A DNA stretch of 64,000 nt, from assembly GCA_038046765.1 (NCBI GenBank), contig JBBSVN010000010.1, positions 22,172 to 86,171 of the forward strand, in the 5' to 3' direction. A program made the position numbers and the translations under genes. The notes under the pieces are model-generated. The model did no database searches. It was not told the origin of the DNA and saw nothing but the letters and a program-made list of their open reading frames with translations. The DNA comes from Candidatus Micrarchaeota archaeon. Lineage in GTDB: Archaea; Micrarchaeota; Micrarchaeia; Anstonellales; Bilamarchaeaceae. This document shows, one piece after another, positions 58,317 to 64,000 of the stretch; positions within the stretch are counted from its first letter, which is position 1, and each line of letters opens with the position of its first letter.

Positions 58317-59543
58317 TTATGCCATCTTTAGTTGTGCTCTTGCTGCTGCAAGTTCATTTGGCATTATTTTCTCTTCTATCTGATCCAAAATTGATGCAGT
58401 AAGAACTAGTTTAGTAGCATTCTGCACAGCAACCGAACTATTAGAAACAGAAAAACTACTCGATTTAGCGCTATTAGTTTTAACTTCAACTCCGTTCGTT
58501 AAAGGTGCTAGAAAAACAGGTGCATAATCTTTAACAGATTGTTTAAATTCAACTGTTCCAGATAATTTTATTGGATCTACGCTATGTAAAGCACATAAAT
58601 AAACTGCATTATCTAAAATATCGCTGGTTCTTAAGTTAATTTCTTTATTTAGTTTCACTTCTTTTTCACTAAGTTCTTCTTTCTTTTCTTTTTCCTCTTT
58701 TTTAGAAATATTTCCTTTTGCCTTCTCTTCTTCTAATTCTCTTTTTGCAGTTTCAATTGTCTCCTGTTTTTTAATAAATTCTTTCTTAAAAAGGTCAAAT
58801 TTAGAAGTAACTCCAAAGCTTTCAACAAGGTCTTTTATATGCTGAACTATGCTTTGCTGTGCCATTTGCATGACAAATGTTGCATCTAGTGCGGTAGCTT
58901 CTGCCTCTTTTCTTAATGAAAGTGTTGATGCATCAAGGAAACTATTTGCTAAAGCAAGTGCACCTGCTGAAAATCCAGCGATTTTTGCAGCACTAAAAAT
59001 ATCTTCTTTTTCTTTTTCATTTCTTGCAAGAGCTCCTCTATAAATCGCATAACTTTTTTGAGCTTCTACGTCCTCTCCAAGATTTGCTTTTCTTGATTTT
59101 AAAATTGAAACCCTTTCTTTTGTTACATCATCTCCTTTCTTTCCTTTTATCGCAACGTCTTCTCTTTGTTGGTCATCTTTAGCCTTACGAGCCCGTGCTT
59201 CTTCTTGACGCATATTTTCTTCTACTGATTTAATAAATGATTCCCATAATTTAGCATCAAAATGCGCACCGTCAAGTACTGCAATGGTTATTGCTTTAAA
59301 TGCCTCTGAATCCTTTTGTTTGGTTTGAATTAGACGACTTGATGCCTGTTCGTAGGTTTCTCCTTTTTGTGTTTTATTTTCGTGAAGAAACGCATCTAGT
59401 TTTTTATCAGAAGTAGAAATATTTTGATGAGAAAGTTCGGTTGTTCTATCGCTTATAGCTAACCTAAATTTTTTTTCTTCTCTTTTTAATTCTTCTACCG
59501 AGTTTGAAGTTTCTGAATCTTTACCTTTAAAAGACATTGCCAT
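58317..59543 (-). CDS. Hypothetical charged coiled-coil protein
   Basis: 408-aa K/E-rich ORF with one Ala-rich hydrophobic segment. Confidence 0.55.
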   Translation of the reverse strand: MAMSFKGKDSETSNSVEELKREEKKFRLAISDRTTELSHQNISTSDKKLDAFLHENKTQKGETYEQASSRLIQTKQKDSEAFKAITIAVLDGAHFDAKLWESFIKSVEENMRQEEARARKAKDDQQREDVAIKGKKGDDVTKERVSILKSRKANLGEDVEAQKSYAIYRGALARNEKEKEDIFSAAKIAGFSAGALALANSFLDASTLSLRKEAEATALDATFVMQMAQQSIVQHIKDLVESFGVTSKFDLFKKEFIKKQETIETAKRELEEEKAKGNISKKEEKEKKEELSEKEVKLNKEINLRTSDILDNAVYLCALHSVDPIKLSGTVEFKQSVKDYAPVFLAPLTNGVEVKTNSAKSSSFSVSNSSVAVQNATKLVLTASILDQIEEKIMPNELAAARAQLKMA

Positions 59544-59587
59544 GATAAAAATTAGAAGATTTAATTTAAAAAGCTACTCCTATAAAA

Positions 59588-60298
59588 TTAGAGTTTTGCA
59601 AGTGTATCCGCAACTATTCTTCTAGTAGGTTCCGAATCTCCCTGTAGCTTACCTTTAGACAATAAATACCCAATATCTAGAACAGGAACTCCTTCCTTTA
59701 TTTCACCATTTAGTGCATCTAAGGGAATAATTGTAAATTGAACATAGTCACCTACTTGAGGGTCTTTTCCTTTCTCTACTACTACTTTAACAAAATTTAG
59801 ATCTTTTCCGTAATAACTCTCTAGTAAACTTAAGTCAATGCCTTTAGCTAGACTCTTACCTTCTAAATTTACATTAAATATTTTAGGTGCACCACCATTA
59901 GCGCACTCTGAGTTTTTACAGATTGTCACTAAACCGTTTAATCCTATTGAACGAACATTAACTAGATATGTAAAACGATCTGAACTGTCCAAGCCATCTG
60001 CGATAATTTTAGAATCTTTCTTCATTTCAGCTTCTAGTTTCTTTATTTCAGTTACACCTACTTTTGGTAGTGCTTCTAGTTTTTCTCTAATGCCTGGATC
60101 ATGTCTTAAAGTAGTAGTTTTATTATTCAAAGCAACAGTAATCTTTCCTTTCTCCTCAGCCCTAGCAGTTCCGGATAAAGAACCTAATAATAATGAAGTA
60201 GTAAGTAGTTTAACTAATGGTCTTTTTGCTACGGCTAATGCGCGTTGCATTCTTGAAGTTTTAATTCCTTGACCTTCTAGTTTTTTCATATCTCCCAC
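59588..60298 (-). CDS. Orphan exported protein with extended signal peptide (ARA cleavage site)
   Basis: Long basic N-region, then LLTTSLLLGSLSGTARA-EE. Confidence 0.55.
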   Translation of the reverse strand: MGDMKKLEGQGIKTSRMQRALAVAKRPLVKLLTTSLLLGSLSGTARAEEKGKITVALNNKTTTLRHDPGIREKLEALPKVGVTEIKKLEAEMKKDSKIIADGLDSSDRFTYLVNVRSIGLNGLVTICKNSECANGGAPKIFNVNLEGKSLAKGIDLSLLESYYGKDLNFVKVVVEKGKDPQVGDYVQFTIIPLDALNGEIKEGVPVLDIGYLLSKGKLQGDSEPTRRIVADTLAKL

Positions 60299-60412
60299 AT
60301 CTTACTTAGTTAAACATACTGCCTCATAACTCTATATAAAGATTTGCTTTTTGGTTGAAAGTGACGTAATTTAGTTTAGCGAAAGACGTAATGTAATATT
60401 TTTAGTACCTTA

Positions 60413-61090
60413 TCATTTTATATCAAATATTTTATCAGATAAAAATAACTCAGACCTAAGTTCTTTTAAGAACAGTCTTAAAAATTTGTTTCTCTGCTTA
60501 GCCATTTCACGAGCTGTTTTAGTATGTAATCTATCAGGTATCTTAAGCAAACGTTCGTAAAAAAGATCTAGGGGATAACTAGAAGCATCAGCTTCCCTAT
60601 TTTCACAAAAAGGATCTAAAGGGTGATAAAATGACCGTTTCATCTGTCCAGCAGAAGAAAACGTCCTCATTATTGAAATTGCACCAGTGGCTTCAAGTCC
60701 ATCCGCATCTTGCAATATTTTTGATTCTGAAAGTGTGGGTAAAACTCCTTTTGAAAAGGAACATTCCAAGATGCATATTTTAATTCTTTCTATTTTTTCC
60801 TGTTCAAAACCCATTTCAGAGAGTATCTTCTCTGCAAATTTGGCACTTTCTCCCTGAGATTTATGCTTTTCAGGATGATTTTTTTGATATACAACTAAAT
60901 CGTGAAATAGGGCAGCCGGAACAAGAATATCGAGGTCTCCACCTTCTTGTTGCGCAATAACCTCTACATTCAGTAAAACCCTATAAGCATGTTCAAAATC
61001 ATGAGATACATCTTCCATTGCAATTTTATTCTTTGCAATTTTAATTAAATTTTCTCTTAAAGTTGAATCCATAATATCATCGTTTTTCAT
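60413..61090 (-). CDS. HD-domain phosphohydrolase (YedJ-like)
   Basis: SHDFEHAYRV, AALFHD, ILQDAD.L.A.GA. Confidence 0.88.
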   Translation of the reverse strand: MKNDDIMDSTLRENLIKIAKNKIAMEDVSHDFEHAYRVLLNVEVIAQQEGGDLDILVPAALFHDLVVYQKNHPEKHKSQGESAKFAEKILSEMGFEQEKIERIKICILECSFSKGVLPTLSESKILQDADGLEATGAISIMRTFSSAGQMKRSFYHPLDPFCENREADASSYPLDLFYERLLKIPDRLHTKTAREMAKQRNKFLRLFLKELRSELFLSDKIFDIK

Positions 61091-61772
61091 TTTTTCTTGA
61101 TATTATCATCACTAGTATTGGAGAAATATGATATAAACTACCATTAAAAATACTATCTAGAAAACCCCCAAAAGGCAATCGGATAAACGATGAACCAACT
61201 TCTTCCAAATGCCCATTGGTATGTTTAATAATCTCCCTCCACTTTGAATAAGTCCATAAATTCTCATCGCCCCTAAGCGTAGAAGAACGACAAAAAAAGG
61301 TCGGAACAGAAAAAACACACCTTTTAGCTACCCTCAGACATTCATTTATCATCTGAGCTATTTGGGCAGGTTCAAAATGTTCTAATACTCCATGAGAAAA
61401 AGCTAATTCAAAATAATCATTCTTATATGGCAAATCAAATAGACTAACGTTTGCATAATTTACTCTTCCACTAAAATAACGATTTAGGGACTTTGCAATT
61501 TCTAGAATCCCTGGATCATTATCTATAGCGGTTACTTCATAGCCTTGTCTATTTAGTATTACTGAATTAATCGAAGAACCACAGCCTGCTTCAACAATTT
61601 TACTTCCAATAGGGGCATGTTTTCTAACATAACGAAATAGGAAATTACTTGCTACACGCTTCTGTTTTAGGTATTCATCAGGTCCTCCAAAGCAATCAAT
61701 TCTATCTGAATAATAATCTGACCATGAAGTCAACTTATTCTTATTCTCCCTTTTTTGTTTAGGTAGTATCAT
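61077..61772 (-). CDS. Class I SAM-dependent methyltransferase
   Basis: IVEAGCGS, AIDND, LFDLPY, SHGVLEHF. Confidence 0.85.
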   Translation of the reverse strand: MILPKQKRENKNKLTSWSDYYSDRIDCFGGPDEYLKQKRVASNFLFRYVRKHAPIGSKIVEAGCGSSINSVILNRQGYEVTAIDNDPGILEIAKSLNRYFSGRVNYANVSLFDLPYKNDYFELAFSHGVLEHFEPAQIAQMINECLRVAKRCVFSVPTFFCRSSTLRGDENLWTYSKWREIIKHTNGHLEEVGSSFIRLPFGGFLDSIFNGSLYHISPILVMIISRKNEKR

Positions 61773-62037
61773 CCTTCTTCACCTTTTACATTTTAATTAA
61801 TCATTTACCATACCACGTATTTATACTTTTCTTAACAAAAAATGGATAAATAATCATTAAATATATAAATAAATGTAAAACTTTTACAAAAAATCAGGCA
61901 CTTTTTGTGTAATTTATACATTTAAATGTTATAAAAAACGTCTGAAATTGATTTTAGATCTGGAATGCATGGACACTTCAAACAAAAAATCGCTCGAATA
62001 AGCGAAGTTTTTTAATTGTAAAATCATTTAGTAAAGC

Positions 62038-64000
62038 ATGCCAGAACCATCTAGGGAAGAACAATTAATTACTGTAGCTAAACTTAGGTTAGAGCAAGAC
62101 GAAAAAGCTAAGAAAGCTGCAGATGCAATATATAAACAATACAAAAAAGACAAAGCAAATAGAGATTTTGTAATTCTTTTAAAGACGTTTTATAAAGTGT
62201 TAAGGAATCCAGAAAAAGCCTTTGAAATAGAAGAGACGGATTATATCATCGGTCCAGCTTGGAACCGATCAAAAATTGAAATTTTTCAAAAAATAGATTT
62301 AATAGACAAGGCGATAAAAGCAGGCGCAATAAATCAACTGGAAAATACAGTATACCGAAATGAGTTTAATAAAATAAAATCGGATTTTCATTTTACTATC
62401 GGGGAAATATTTCTTAAAGAAACTAACTTAAGCAAAGCTGAGTTTCATTTTGAAAAAGCTACTGAAACCTTAATGGAAAAAAGATATTTGGATAGTTACA
62501 GAATCTTTGTATTATACTATTGTAAAAACAACACACGAAAGGCATTTGCATTATTAGATAAACTTGCAAAAAAGTTTCCAGATAAAAATGATTATTGGAA
62601 CTTACTAAGAGCAGACTTTCTTATTAAGATAAAGGCTTATAAAAAAGCGTTAATAATTCTTGCAAAAGTAAAAGATTATCCTTACGTTAAGAGTTTTAGA
62701 CTAGGTATTGCTTACTTGGGTCTTAATAATTTTAAAAATGCAGTTAAACATCTGAGATATTACAGGATTAACCCGAATAAATTGTACTCATACCCGCCGG
62801 ATTTAGGACCCTTGCCTTTATTCCAGGGTGTCAAATATTCAACATATCAACATCTGTCAAATTTCGTTGAGCATAACGAATTAATGAATTTAGGACTATT
62901 CATAATATTTGTTGCAAATAAATATTACAAAAATGCGTTTGAATTACTATCAAAAACATCTGTAACTTCGAACTCGCCATTTTATTACGAGTTTCTGAAC
63001 TTACAAGGCATTATGTATTATGGCAAAGGGTATTATCGCTTTGCATTGGAGTCTTTTGAAGAAGCAATAAAACACTTGGGCAAAAGAACAGATTTACTTT
63101 TTAGTCGTGCAGTAGTACTATCAACTCTTAAGGATAAAGATAAAGCAATAAAAGACTTAGAAAAAGTCTGTAAAGATTTAGGTACAGTAATTCCTGCAAA
63201 GGATGAAATTGAAAATTTATTAAAGGATCCGAAATTCCTAATGGAATTAAGCTTCAAAAGCCCATTTTTCATTAAAGAAGAACGTAATGCCAGTTCGGAT
63301 ATTCAGGCAAACGAAGAATCAAAACATAATCCAATAGATAGAAGGAAACAATTTATTCTATTTGATATTATGGATTCTTTTGATATACCATACTCAAAAC
63401 ATTCTAAATTTGAGGAAATAGGAATAAGAAGATATGATGAAGGAAACTATGATTATGAAGAAGGAGAATATGCAAATGCGATATTAAGTTATGGAAGTGC
63501 ATTAGAAATCAATCCAAATATACAGGAGGCATATTTTAATCGTGCACTTGCTATTTTTATGGATGGCGATAGTAAAAAATCCCTGTCTGATTTTGATGAG
63601 TTTTTAAATATAAACAAAAAAGATTATCGCGCATATAACAACAGAGCCTGTATGTATATAGAGGAAAAAGAGTATAAAAAAGCAGAATGCGACTTAAAAG
63701 CTGCAATCGAAATCTGTCCAGATAATCCTTTGATACTTCATAACTTAGGTTTAGTACATTTTTACTTAGAAAAAGATGATTCATTAGAAAAATCTTTAGA
63801 ATATTTTTCCAAAGTAATAGATGTAAAACCAGATTTTTTAGCTAAAACATACTCAGTAAGAGCTCAGGTTTATGAAAAACTAGGGAAAACGTCTGAAGCA
63901 TTAAGCGATTATAATACGGCAATAGCACATGACTCATCAAATGAGTGGTACCAGGAACTTAGAGATAAAATTAACAAACCAGAAGAAAAACCTAAAGAAG
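62038..64000 (+). CDS. TPR-repeat protein (3'-truncated by window edge; absent from the ORF track)
   Basis: Open frame from ATG 62038 to window end; TPR motifs ALEINPNIQEAYFNRA, AYNNRA, HNLG. Confidence 0.85.
   Translation, partial: MPEPSREEQLITVAKLRLEQDEKAKKAADAIYKQYKKDKANRDFVILLKTFYKVLRNPEKAFEIEETDYIIGPAWNRSKIEIFQKIDLIDKAIKAGAINQLENTVYRNEFNKIKSDFHFTIGEIFLKETNLSKAEFHFEKATETLMEKRYLDSYRIFVLYYCKNNTRKAFALLDKLAKKFPDKNDYWNLLRADFLIKIKAYKKALIILAKVKDYPYVKSFRLGIAYLGLNNFKNAVKHLRYYRINPNKLYSYPPDLGPLPLFQGVKYSTYQHLSNFVEHNELMNLGLFIIFVANKYYKNAFELLSKTSVTSNSPFYYEFLNLQGIMYYGKGYYRFALESFEEAIKHLGKRTDLLFSRAVVLSTLKDKDKAIKDLEKVCKDLGTVIPAKDEIENLLKDPKFLMELSFKSPFFIKEERNASSDIQANEESKHNPIDRRKQFILFDIMDSFDIPYSKHSKFEEIGIRRYDEGNYDYEEGEYANAILSYGSALEINPNIQEAYFNRALAIFMDGDSKKSLSDFDEFLNINKKDYRAYNNRACMYIEEKEYKKAECDLKAAIEICPDNPLILHNLGLVHFYLEKDDSLEKSLEYFSKVIDVKPDFLAKTYSVRAQVYEKLGKTSEALSDYNTAIAHDSSNEWYQELRDKINKPEEKPKE

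Noticed and set aside
49238-61772. Two methyltransferases, NCS2 permease and HD hydrolase as one nucleobase-modification pathway
   Set aside because: Not contiguous, on different strands, and no substrate-specific motif is visible

Overview
AT-rich archaeal chromosome segment. Archaeal-type GluRS, Elp3, Nmd3, HerA, an EndA-like subunit, DUF2070, tandem Lrp/AsnC and apparently leaderless TATA promoters suggest a DPANN lineage, probably Micrarchaeota (inference). Housekeeping genes alternate with accessory genes. Main observations: (1) two separate AAA_14/DUF4143-type ATPase genes, each bracketed by its own pair of long, internally palindromic direct repeats (35 bp identical; 77 bp with 6 mismatches); (2) an operon of six paralogous polytopic membrane proteins with CedA/VirB6-like motifs, followed by very large Cys-rich surface proteins, with PadR and DsbA divergently upstream; (3) a tRNA-Pro(CGG) split by two introns (37/38 and 59/60), and a probably non-catalytic splicing endonuclease subunit; (4) orphan proteins with bacterial-style export signals, including an outer-membrane beta-barrel-like protein; (5) three toxin-antitoxin pairs, an inverted pair of heptamer-repeat elements and a candidate structured ncRNA. 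All family assignments come from motif recognition by eye; no searches were run.
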